Made by a program: the position numbers and the translations under genes. From Candidatus Cloacimonadales bacterium (GTDB taxonomy: Bacteria; Cloacimonadota; Cloacimonadia; Cloacimonadales; JAIOQZ01), in assembly GCA_963674825.1 (NCBI GenBank), contig OY771587.1, forward strand, positions 3,360,001-3,424,000: a stretch of DNA of 64,000 nucleotides, written 5' to 3'. Positions within the stretch are counted from its first letter, which is position 1. Every line of letters begins with the position of its first letter. The notes beneath the pieces are model-generated. The model did no database searches. It saw only the letters and a program-made list of their open reading frames with translations, and was not told the origin of the DNA. Below, piece after piece: positions 9,913 to 18,614 of the stretch.

Positions 9913-10998
9913 ATGTTTTTTCAAAATACAAGAGTCCAGATAATCCTCTGGGCTCTGTTTTGGTTCATTGTACTTGGAGCCGGGTTCGATTTCCTGGTTC
10001 GCAATCAGCTGCTGTTCGCGAATAAAACAGTCCGATCCATCATCATCAAGAATTACAACAGCAAGGATATAGGTGCTGTTCTGTCGCTCAGCGACCGGAT
10101 AGAAACCGAAGGTGATCAGATACCGCGGTACTTGTTCCTGGGTGGTTCTCAGGTAAAAGAATGTGTCAAGGACGATCAGGGTGTCACGATTGCTCTTTCG
10201 GATTCACTGGGACAGGATGTTGAATTTGCCAACATGGCAACTGGCTACGGGAATTTTTACGATAATCTTAGGCTTGAAGAATCACTTGCGGGTACGAAAA
10301 ACCTGATTTACATGATCGGCGTTTCACCAAGCTATTTTACTTGGGCAGATTCGATACAGTTTTTCTACGATGTTGGCAAAGATTCTCAACGAAAGCTGCA
10401 ATACAAGTATCCGATGCTTGCTCCATCTGATACGGGAATCTCGATTGTAAAAGATCACGATGCGGATATCTCGCTGAGAGCATACTTCCCTGGATTCCAG
10501 ACTGCCTATACATTTTGCAAGATCGGCCAGAAGGTTTTTCAGCATATTCTTTACGAGAAATTATTTCCATCCCTGGATAATCCGTTGGACGAGGATGCGA
10601 GAAGCAAACCGACTTGTGCAGAGTTGAAAATGCTGAGATATGAGCGACTTAAATATAAGTTTCCGAAGGAATTTGAGAAATACAGTCAGACAAACCGTGC
10701 AATGATAATGGCTTGTATCGATGAGGCGAAGAAACAGGGAAACGAGGTGATCCTTGTTGATCTGCCATACACGCCGATTCTTGAGGTTCATCGGGATACA
10801 CTTGTGAGTAATTACGAGCCATATATTGATGCAATTGCTCATGAGACAGATACGCCGATCCTGTCCTTGCGATACGATGTTTTTGTTGAGGCAGACTTCG
10901 TTGACGGCATTCATATGTCGGAAAGCGGTCAGAAGAAAGCGGCTGCTTTGCTCGTTGATGAGCTTACACAATGGTCTCGCAAGGTGGTTAATCAATGA
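9913..10998 (+). CDS. membrane-anchored SGNH-like protein (DltD/AlgJ-like acyltransferase component)
   Basis: One N-terminal TM helix; 'LFLGGSQ' (GxS) and C-terminal 'DGIHMS' (DxxH); lies between ACP and MBOAT. Confidence 0.7.
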   Translation: MFFQNTRVQIILWALFWFIVLGAGFDFLVRNQLLFANKTVRSIIIKNYNSKDIGAVLSLSDRIETEGDQIPRYLFLGGSQVKECVKDDQGVTIALSDSLGQDVEFANMATGYGNFYDNLRLEESLAGTKNLIYMIGVSPSYFTWADSIQFFYDVGKDSQRKLQYKYPMLAPSDTGISIVKDHDADISLRAYFPGFQTAYTFCKIGQKVFQHILYEKLFPSLDNPLDEDARSKPTCAELKMLRYERLKYKFPKEFEKYSQTNRAMIMACIDEAKKQGNEVILVDLPYTPILEVHRDTLVSNYEPYIDAIAHETDTPILSLRYDVFVEADFVDGIHMSESGQKKAAALLVDELTQWSRKVVNQ

Positions 10999-12182
10999 TC
11001 TTTTTCAAGGGTGTTTATTTGCTCGCTATACTTATCAGTCTTGCCATCTATTGGATTGTACCGAAGAAATTTCGTATATGGTGGATGGTTATCAGTGGAC
11101 TCGCGATCCTCATGCACATCCAGTTGGTGTGGACGCTGTTCTTTGTTGCATTAGCTGTCTATTCATGGCTCGCAGGCAGATTTGTTGCCACGAAGCCAAA
11201 GAAGACGATTGTCTATCTTGTTGGATTCATCATCTTGCAGGCGACGATCATGATGACGCTCAAATACTACCCAGTGCTGTGCAAAAAATTCTGGCCGGAA
11301 GATGTCACCATGATTGGTCATCTGCTTGTTCCGATGGGCGTGTCGTATTTCGTCTTCAGGCTGATCGCGTATGTGCTGGACAGTTTCAGGGGAATCGTCA
11401 AGAAGCACAGCTCGCTAGTCGATTTCCTGGCATACATCCTCTTTGTGCCGATCTTCCCGGCAGGTCCAATCGAGCCTTATAATCATTTCTGGGGTATGAG
11501 GCAGGAGAAGCTTGGAACTGATGATGTTATCTACGGACTCAAACGGTTGCTCTGGGGTTATGCCAAGAAGATTATCCTGGTCAACTACCTGCTCCAGATG
11601 CTGGTCTATGAAACCTTAAAGCCCCTCGTGCTCAACGATCCGCTCGATGGCTCGGTGAATGGCATGCTTACTATCGCTTTCCTGGTCGGCAGCCTGGTTT
11701 ATGCCTATCTCGACATCTCGGCTTACGCGGATCTCGCGATCGGATTCAGCCGCCTGTTCGGCTTCAGAGTAAGCGAAAACATGAACTGGCCGATTCTGGC
11801 CACCAATACAAGTGAATATTGGAATCGTTGGCACATGACGCTCTCCAACTGGTGCCGGAACTATGTCTATTTCCCGATTCTCATCCGCACGAAGAATCTC
11901 TACATGGCGCTCTATGCCAGTTTCCTGGTGATGGGCCTCTGGCATCACGTGGGCCTGACCTGGGTGATGTGGGCTGTGTGGCATGCCTCGGGAATTCTGA
12001 TCTACTCCTTCTGGAGCAGGTTTACCCGTAAGAACAAGGCAATCGTCATGTTTGGCAGACGCAAGCCAGTCAAAGTTTTCTCAGCGCTGATCACGGTACT
12101 GTGGTCGTCGGGATCGTTTGCATTCATCAACACGAGTGGGATGCGCGAAGCATGGTTCGTATTCCGCTCCATTATACAATAG
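10995..12182 (+). CDS. MBOAT family O-acyltransferase (DltB/AlgI-like)
   Basis: 'PMGVSYFVFR', 'AGPI', 'DISAYADLAIG', 'YWNRWHMTLSNWCRNYVYFP', catalytic His in 'GLWHH'. Confidence 0.92.
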   Translation: MIFFKGVYLLAILISLAIYWIVPKKFRIWWMVISGLAILMHIQLVWTLFFVALAVYSWLAGRFVATKPKKTIVYLVGFIILQATIMMTLKYYPVLCKKFWPEDVTMIGHLLVPMGVSYFVFRLIAYVLDSFRGIVKKHSSLVDFLAYILFVPIFPAGPIEPYNHFWGMRQEKLGTDDVIYGLKRLLWGYAKKIILVNYLLQMLVYETLKPLVLNDPLDGSVNGMLTIAFLVGSLVYAYLDISAYADLAIGFSRLFGFRVSENMNWPILATNTSEYWNRWHMTLSNWCRNYVYFPILIRTKNLYMALYASFLVMGLWHHVGLTWVMWAVWHASGILIYSFWSRFTRKNKAIVMFGRRKPVKVFSALITVLWSSGSFAFINTSGMREAWFVFRSIIQ

Positions 12183-12191
12183 GATCAAGAT

Positions 12192-12311
12192 ATGAAACAG
12201 CTGAAAAACTCTCTGAAAGGACTCGCGATCGCGCTGCTTATCTACGCGATCCTGTTCATCCATTTCTTTATTTCATCGGGACCGCCGATGTTCCGGTATG
12301 AGGGGTTCTGA
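12192..12311 (+). CDS. DltX-like single-TM micropeptide (39 aa); not in ORF track
   Basis: Manual translation MKQLKNSLKGLAIALLIYAILFIHFFISSGPPMFRYEGF; fills the MBOAT-ligase gap (9 nt and 2 nt spacers); C-terminal F-x-Y-x-x-F. Confidence 0.82.
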   Translation: MKQLKNSLKGLAIALLIYAILFIHFFISSGPPMFRYEGF

Positions 12312-12313
12312 TC

Positions 12314-13780
12314 ATGACCGAGCTGCCCCTGTCTTTTTTGCTGCAATCCGCTGAGAAGTATCCCGAAACGATTTGTCTGCGTACGCCCGAAGAGAGGTAC
12401 ACGTACGCTCAATTTCTCGATAGAACCCGTCGCCGCGCCACGTTTCTGGCTGAAAAGGGAGTTGGCAAGGGAACGCTGGTAACCATCCAGACTCGTGATT
12501 ATATCGAATTCATCTCGACGATGTTCGCCTGCTGGATGCGTGGGGCGATTCTGGCACCGCTTAACACCGGTCAACCGCCGCGAATCCATCAGGTTATCGA
12601 CGGGATCCTCAAACCAGGGATCGGATTCCACGACAAGGAGAATCCATTCGGTTACGAGCCAGCGTATCCTGTTCATTTACTTGAGCTAAGCGAGACACCG
12701 CTCCAGGTGTTTACTCCGGTTGAACCGGATGATATCTCCATGATCATGTTTACATCAGGTACGTCCGGTGTTCCCAAAGGCGTACCGTGGAAGCACTGCA
12801 ATACATGGCGTAATGCGGTTGAGACTGGCCAGCGTATCGGGGTGGAGCAGGCGGATAATCTTTTTCTCAATACACCACCCTACACCACGAGTTCGATCAA
12901 CCACATTTTAACCATGTTCGCTGTCGGCGCTACGCTAAGCATTGATCAGGGTTTCATGTTTGGCGCCGGTATTCTGGATCAGCTCGATACTTACGAATGC
13001 ACCGCGTTCGGAGGAGCGCCCGTGCACTTCATGCGTCTCATCGGCGCGCTGAAGGTGAAGAAGCCGCTCAGGCCGATCCGGTTCCTCTTCAATTCCGGCG
13101 AGCATCTTCCCACGCCCGTGCTGGAAGAGCTGATCGAGTATCTTCCCGAAACAGAGATCCACTGCGTGTATGGACTCACCGAGGTCTCAGGCCGATTCTG
13201 CATCCTCCCATGGAAGGATGTGAAGAAGAAAGCTGGTTCGGTTGGATTCCCACTACCGTCATTGCAAGTTACGGTCAGGGATGATGACGGTAAAGCGTGC
13301 CCGGTGGGAGAAGTTGGCGAAGTGTACATCACCGGTTCGCTCTTGATGGATGGCTATTACAATGCGCCCGAAGCCAACGCAAAGGCTTTCAGTGAACACG
13401 GTTTTGCCACGGGGGATGTTGGCAGTCTGGACGAAGACGGCTACCTGTTCCTGGTGGGTCGCAACGATAGTGTATTCAAGGTTGGTGGCGAGAAAGTGAG
13501 CATCGGTGCGATCGAAGAGCTTCTTCTTGAATTCGATATGTTCGATGAGGTTGCGGTTATTGCCGAGTTTGACCAGAACATGGGCAACGTACCTGTCCTT
13601 TATTATGTACTACACGAGTCTTGCTCGCTTTCACGGCGCGATATCGTTGTCGCGATCCGCGAACGTTTACCCAAGACGCATATCCCGGTTAGATTCTATC
13701 AGGCAAGCAAGCTGCCGCGCACCCAGTCAGGAAAGGTCATGCGTCAGGCCGAGAAACTGAAACCCTATGTGATTCAATAA
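12314..13780 (+). CDS. class I adenylate-forming enzyme (acyl-AMP/ACP ligase)
   Basis: 'MFTSGTSGVPKG', 'YGLTE', 'TGD', 'GRNDSVFKVGGEKV', 'LPRTQSGKV'. Confidence 0.92.
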   Translation: MTELPLSFLLQSAEKYPETICLRTPEERYTYAQFLDRTRRRATFLAEKGVGKGTLVTIQTRDYIEFISTMFACWMRGAILAPLNTGQPPRIHQVIDGILKPGIGFHDKENPFGYEPAYPVHLLELSETPLQVFTPVEPDDISMIMFTSGTSGVPKGVPWKHCNTWRNAVETGQRIGVEQADNLFLNTPPYTTSSINHILTMFAVGATLSIDQGFMFGAGILDQLDTYECTAFGGAPVHFMRLIGALKVKKPLRPIRFLFNSGEHLPTPVLEELIEYLPETEIHCVYGLTEVSGRFCILPWKDVKKKAGSVGFPLPSLQVTVRDDDGKACPVGEVGEVYITGSLLMDGYYNAPEANAKAFSEHGFATGDVGSLDEDGYLFLVGRNDSVFKVGGEKVSIGAIEELLLEFDMFDEVAVIAEFDQNMGNVPVLYYVLHESCSLSRRDIVVAIRERLPKTHIPVRFYQASKLPRTQSGKVMRQAEKLKPYVIQ

Positions 13781-13792
13781 AATATTCGATGC

Positions 13793-13823
13793 CAAGGGGT
13801 CGCCTGGTATACAGGCCCCCTTG
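13793..13823. terminator. hairpin between convergent genes
   Basis: CAAGGGG-TC-GCCTG / CAGGC-CCCCTTG stem 12 nt after ligase stop; no clear U-tract. Confidence 0.45.
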
Positions 13824-13907
13824 CCTGCATCTCTCTTCATTCGAACTACCCTGTCCCTCGCTACATCTCTAACTAAACACTCATTAGGATGGCCGCGATA
13901 TGATGCT

Positions 13908-15113
13908 CTACTTATATGATAGTATCGCTTCTGTAGTCTTCGACGGAATCAGACCCCACTCTGCGACGACGAATCCTGTGCGCTCGAACTTCGGGATTAT
14001 CGGCTCGACCAATTCGAGGTCATTCGACTCGATGCTATCGACATAGTAATGCAGTCTGATGAGATTGTCCGGTTGCTGTGATATGTTCAGTGCGATGTAT
14101 GGATCAATCTGCGCGTTGTACTGTGGATAGATCGCGTAATATTCAGAGTCGGTAAGTCGTGGAATCCACCATTCGATAAAATCGTTAATCTCTGTCTGAT
14201 TAAAGCCTGTTTGACGCAGGTTATCACAGAAAAAACGTTCAAGGTCACCTTGCGCAATGACCCAACCTGCTGATTTCTGAGTGAAATCAGGTGTCTCGCT
14301 TTCATAGTAAAGGTAGCCGAATTGTCCGTCGATCGAACCATCCGGATCAACCACGATATTCTGCCACTGTTCAGGATAGCCTGGGTCGGAAACGGTTACG
14401 CTTCCTCCATGCGGGAATTCAATATTCACATCGAGCGTGGTGGTTTCGGTGGGGTAGAGGTAGATGTTGGGTTTGTAATCAACCACTACGGCAACGGGCA
14501 ACCTGTAATCATCGTAGCAGCCTTGCAGGTGAAACGAACAATCGTTGAAGGTGTAGTCGTAATTTTCGTCGTCCATTGATGCTATATAATATCCGGAATC
14601 AATATCAGTAGCAAATCTGCCTTCGCTATCGGTAGAGAGGACTCCGATCGGAATATTGTCCTCTTTCAGGATCAGATCATAGTTCTCCAATACACCAATC
14701 AGTAATCCATCTTCTTCGGAGGTAGTAAAGATCACTCCACAATTAAGATCCGGGGGGCATGCTTCAAAGTCGGTCATATAGTCCAGCTCGATACGTCCAC
14801 CTTGATTCTCGCTTCGCATGATCGAATAGCAGTCCTGTTTACCTGCGATGACGTGGAATAGATAGGTAGTTTCGTTGGAACCTCTTAATTCGACCTGGAA
14901 CCACCCGACATAGACATTATTGTAGTATGCAGCATAGATATCGCCGTTGTTGTCATTGGTAACGTAAGCGGTATCAGCCGGTACTCCGTCCATAAGGATT
15001 ACGATCTCGATTGCCGGTGTTTCGATCGGGCCGGTTGTGCTGTCTTTGTCGTCTTCGCATCCGACAAATAGAATAGTGCACAGTATAAGAATCATAAAAA
15101 GCAATGAACGCAT
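13908..15113 (-). CDS. lipoprotein of unknown function with 'KPxIYLYP' C-terminal domain
   Basis: Lipobox 'FVGC'; 'KPNIYLYP', 'YLYYES', 'DFIEWWIPRL', 'FVVAEWG'. Confidence 0.7.
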   Translation of the reverse strand: MRSLLFMILILCTILFVGCEDDKDSTTGPIETPAIEIVILMDGVPADTAYVTNDNNGDIYAAYYNNVYVGWFQVELRGSNETTYLFHVIAGKQDCYSIMRSENQGGRIELDYMTDFEACPPDLNCGVIFTTSEEDGLLIGVLENYDLILKEDNIPIGVLSTDSEGRFATDIDSGYYIASMDDENYDYTFNDCSFHLQGCYDDYRLPVAVVVDYKPNIYLYPTETTTLDVNIEFPHGGSVTVSDPGYPEQWQNIVVDPDGSIDGQFGYLYYESETPDFTQKSAGWVIAQGDLERFFCDNLRQTGFNQTEINDFIEWWIPRLTDSEYYAIYPQYNAQIDPYIALNISQQPDNLIRLHYYVDSIESNDLELVEPIIPKFERTGFVVAEWGLIPSKTTEAILSYK

Positions 15114-15385
15114 AATCCCTCCCCATTGTCATGCAGAAAATTGACTTGGTGTAACAATAATTGTCAAGATCTTTCGGGTATCCTCGTGTAAGGGCCTCTT
15201 TGTCTGTGCATTTTTTTGATTCAATGTTTCTAATGGAGCAGGATTCTATGTTATGCTTGACAGGAGAGGCGAGAGATCGTTTGCTGTCGGTTGAATTTCT
15301 ATAATACATTAATAGGCGGACCAATGGACAATTAGGTTTGTTTTCCCCCGTTTGCAATTCACGAAAAACATAACAGGAGACAAAC

Positions 15386-15706
15386 ATGTCCAAAAAACAT
15401 ATAGCCCCTTGCGGGTTGGATTGTGCGCGTTGCGATATCTATATCGCCACACAGGCTGATAGCGATTCTATGCGGATGGAGGTCGCTAAAAATTGGTCTG
15501 CGCTTTTCCATTATAGCTTCACGAAGGATGATATAAATTGTGATGGCTGCCTTGGCGGAGGACGAATGAGTGTGTATTGCCACACAATGTGTGAAGTACG
15601 TCAATGCGCTGTTCAACGAGGTATAATCGACTGCAAAGCATGCCCGGATTACAAGTGTAATGCTTTGATCCGGAATCATGAAGCATCCGCAAGCTACACT
15701 CCGTAA
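15386..15706 (+). CDS. DUF3795-like Cys-rich protein
   Basis: 'IAPCGLDCARC', 'CDGC', 'CEVRQCA', 'CKACPDYKC'; AGGAG RBS. Confidence 0.8.
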   Translation: MSKKHIAPCGLDCARCDIYIATQADSDSMRMEVAKNWSALFHYSFTKDDINCDGCLGGGRMSVYCHTMCEVRQCAVQRGIIDCKACPDYKCNALIRNHEASASYTP

Positions 15707-15725
15707 TTGAACAACATACCAGATA

Positions 15726-15759
15726 AAAACGGACGGAACCCCCCGTCCGTTTTCTTTTT
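15726..15759 (+). terminator. rho-independent terminator
   Basis: AAAACGGACGG/CCGTCCGTTTT stem followed by T-run. Confidence 0.8.
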
Positions 15760-15940
15760 ATCCTTCGTGCAGTTATTGGCATGCATCACAACGATATTTC
15801 TATTTTGATGTCCAACAAGCCTGACATTTCGGGAAAATGGTGAAAATCGAGATCGTTCATACTATCTCAGATTTTTAGCCTCTCATAACCACTAGCAGTG
15901 TGGTCAGATACATCCACTGAAAAATAAATGTAGAAAAAAT

Positions 15941-16002
15941 TTGCTTGACGCGGATATCGTGATTATTATCTCGATAAATATATATCGATATAAAAATCAC
16001 GA
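15941..16002 (+). promoter_or_regulatory. adh promoter overlapped by three interlocked 18-bp palindromes (putative Rex operators)
   Basis: TTGCTT(15941)-17 nt-TATTAT(15964); TCGTGATTATTATCTCGA (15957), TCGATAAATATATATCGA (15971), TCGATATAAAAATCACGA (15985). Confidence 0.6.
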
Positions 16003-16021
16003 AAGTGAAAAGGAGTGAAAA

Positions 16022-17293
16022 ATGTGGAAGAACGAAACTGACATCAACCAGGTGTTCGAACTCAGAACACGTACAACCGACTTCTTTGGCGTCGGTGCGA
16101 TCAAGAAGATGAATGATATCGCTGCAACCCTCAAAGGTATCGGCATCAACAAAGCGCTGGTAATGACCGGCGGATCATCCTATCGCAGAACTGGAGCCTG
16201 GGACGTAATCGAGAACGCCCTGAACAATAACAACATCGACTATAAACTGTACAATGCCGTAACCCCGAACCCTACAGACAAGCAGGTTGACGAAGCGGTA
16301 GCGATCGGTCGTGAATTTGGTGCGGAAGTAGTTATCGGAATCGGCGGCGGAAGCCCTATCGACGCAGCCAAGAGCACAGCTATCCTGCTTGAATACCCGA
16401 ACCAGACTGCTCGCTCGCTGTATGAATTCGAATTCGCACCCGCGAAGGCCAAGCCCATTATCGCGGTTAACACAACCCACGGAACCGGAACCGAAGTGAA
16501 CCGTTTCGCGGTTGTAACCATCTTCGATAAGGAATACAAACCGGCAATCGCTTACGATTGCATCTACCCGCTCTATGCGATCGACGATCCAGGTCTTATG
16601 ACGGGTCTTCCCGAGAACCAGACACGCTTTGTCAGCATCGACGCGGTCAACCACGTAACCGAAGCCGCGACCACTATCGTCGCAACCCCGTACGTCATGA
16701 TGATGGCGAAAGAGACCATCAGCCTCGTGGCAGAATATCTGCCGCGCGCAATGAAGGATCCGAAAGATCTCACCGCTCGCTACTTCCTTACTTATGCGTC
16801 TGCAATCGCCGGCATCGCATTCGATAACGGTCTTCTGCACTTCACGCACGCTCTCGAGCATCCGCTTAGTGCTGTGAAGCCGGATCTGGCACACGGTCTT
16901 GGCCTGGCGATGATCCTGCCGGCTGTGATCAAGGAAATCTATGCTGCGCGTCCAAAAGTCCTCGCTGACATCTACTCGCCGGTAATCCCCGGTCTCAAAG
17001 GTGTTCCGGAAGAAGCCGAAATTGCTGCGAAGGGTATCGAAAACTGGCTGTTCAGCCTCGGTATCGACAAGAAGCTTGCTGACGAAGGTTACACCGATTC
17101 CGACATCGACAAGCTGGTACACCTCAGCAAGACCACCCCGTCGCTGGATGGGCTGCTTGGAATCGCGCCGGTAAAAGCTACCGACGAAGTGATCCGTCGC
17201 ATCTTCACCAATAGCATGCACAGAATGGGAGAAGTCGAAAGCGAACTGCTGAAGACCCCGAAGCTTGGTTGCCCGAAAGCGAGCAACGAATAA
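16022..17293 (+). CDS. adhA: iron-containing alcohol dehydrogenase (Thermoanaerobacter AdhA/Thermococcus-type)
   Basis: 'GIGGGSPIDAAK', 'TTHGTGTE', 'DAVNH', 'HFTHALEHPLS', 'HGLG'; N-terminus 'MW..INQVFELR'. Confidence 0.85.
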   Translation: MWKNETDINQVFELRTRTTDFFGVGAIKKMNDIAATLKGIGINKALVMTGGSSYRRTGAWDVIENALNNNNIDYKLYNAVTPNPTDKQVDEAVAIGREFGAEVVIGIGGGSPIDAAKSTAILLEYPNQTARSLYEFEFAPAKAKPIIAVNTTHGTGTEVNRFAVVTIFDKEYKPAIAYDCIYPLYAIDDPGLMTGLPENQTRFVSIDAVNHVTEAATTIVATPYVMMMAKETISLVAEYLPRAMKDPKDLTARYFLTYASAIAGIAFDNGLLHFTHALEHPLSAVKPDLAHGLGLAMILPAVIKEIYAARPKVLADIYSPVIPGLKGVPEEAEIAAKGIENWLFSLGIDKKLADEGYTDSDIDKLVHLSKTTPSLDGLLGIAPVKATDEVIRRIFTNSMHRMGEVESELLKTPKLGCPKASNE

Positions 17294-17357
17294 TGGTGGT
17301 TTCGGAAATCTACCGGAAACACAGAAATAGATTGACGAAGTAATGGCAAGATTCATA

Positions 17358-17375
17358 TCGATAGAAATCTATCGA
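17358..17375 (+). promoter_or_regulatory. 18-bp palindrome upstream of rex (putative autoregulatory operator)
   Basis: TCGATAG-AAAT-CTATCGA, 20 nt downstream of TTGACG (17332-17337). Confidence 0.6.
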
Positions 17376-17392
17376 AAATGAAAGGAGACATC

Positions 17393-18028
17393 ATGAAGCC
17401 CGTATCGATCCTGACCCTGAGAAGACTTTCACAGTACTTGCAGATCATCCTGGAAGCGCAGAAGGAGCGGCAGGAATACATTTCTGCCACCACACTCGCC
17501 AACATGACCGGAGTACACCGTACGCAGGTTCGCAAGGATCTCTCTTCGACCGGCGTGGTAGGCGTTCCGAAAGTCGGACACAAGGTGAACGAGCTGGCCC
17601 TCGCGATAAGTGAATTCCTCAATTGGAACGATTCATCGGAGGCCTTTCTGGTCGGAGCGGGAAATTTGGGTTCTGCGATATTGGGTTATCGGGAAATCTT
17701 CGAGACCAAAGGGATGAAAATACTTGCGGCATTTGATAATAACCCTGATCTTATCGGTACGAAGATTCATGATGTCCCCGTTTTTGCCATGGAGAAATTC
17801 GGAAACCTCGCACAGCGTTTGCACGTACACATTGGTATTGTAACCGTTCCGCCAGAGGCAGCACAGCCAGTGGTGGACATGATGCTCGAAACGGGAATCC
17901 TTGCGATCTGGAATTTTGCTCCGGTTCAGCTTGTAACCCCAGAAGACATCATTGTCGAGGATGTCGATTTGTATGCCAGCCTGGCCGTGTTATCACAGCG
18001 GCTGGCAGTCAAACTGATGAAAAAATAA
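17393..18028 (+). CDS. rex: redox-sensing transcriptional repressor Rex
   Basis: 'LRRLSQY', 'QVRKDLS', Rossmann 'LVGAGNLG', 'AIWNFAP'; start after AAAGGAG. Confidence 0.93.
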   Translation: MKPVSILTLRRLSQYLQIILEAQKERQEYISATTLANMTGVHRTQVRKDLSSTGVVGVPKVGHKVNELALAISEFLNWNDSSEAFLVGAGNLGSAILGYREIFETKGMKILAAFDNNPDLIGTKIHDVPVFAMEKFGNLAQRLHVHIGIVTVPPEAAQPVVDMMLETGILAIWNFAPVQLVTPEDIIVEDVDLYASLAVLSQRLAVKLMKK

Positions 18029-18113
18029 CTGAATCGTACAATTTCCAAAAACAAGCCACGAGAAGTATTGCTGCGTGGATTTTACCCGGAAATCGTATAA
18101 CCATGGAGAAATA

Positions 18114-18614
18114 ATGACAGACACCCTGCAAGCAAACCGCAGTTTTCGCAAAGTGATCGAGATCCTCGATCATCACCAGCGCGATCCGAAGATGATCATT
18201 CCCATACTGCAAGCCGTACAGGAAGAATACCGCTACCTGCCTCAGGAAGTGCTGGTGTTTATCGCGACGTCGCTGGGCGTATCGCCGGCGAGAATCTACG
18301 GTGTGGCGACATTTTACAGCCACTTTTCGCTCGAACCCAAGGGAAAACATATCCTGAAGGTGTGCGACGGAACCGCTTGTCATGTAAAGGGTTCCGGTAA
18401 AATTATCAAAGCCCTGAAAGACCATCTCGGCCTTAGCGATAAAATGAAGACTACCCAGGACATGCTTTTTACCCTCGAAACAGTTTCCTGCCTGGGTGCG
18501 TGCGGCCTGGCACCGGTGTTGGTCGTGGACGAAGACGTCTATGGCCAGGTCACTGCCGAGCGCAGCGTCGAGATCGTGAACGAGCTCAAAGAAAAGGAGG
18601 GACACAATGTGTAA
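18114..18614 (+). CDS. hydC: [FeFe]-hydrogenase gamma subunit (NuoE-like, 2Fe-2S)
   Basis: 'GVATFYSHF', 'CDGTAC', 'CLGACGLAP'. Confidence 0.9.
   Translation: MTDTLQANRSFRKVIEILDHHQRDPKMIIPILQAVQEEYRYLPQEVLVFIATSLGVSPARIYGVATFYSHFSLEPKGKHILKVCDGTACHVKGSGKIIKALKDHLGLSDKMKTTQDMLFTLETVSCLGACGLAPVLVVDEDVYGQVTAERSVEIVNELKEKEGHNV

Noticed and set aside
16175..17356. 393-aa antisense ORF opposite adh
   Set aside because: Mirror-frame shadow of a codon-biased gene; no recognisable motifs. The same applies to the many antisense ORFs over hydAB, iscS and the giant gene.
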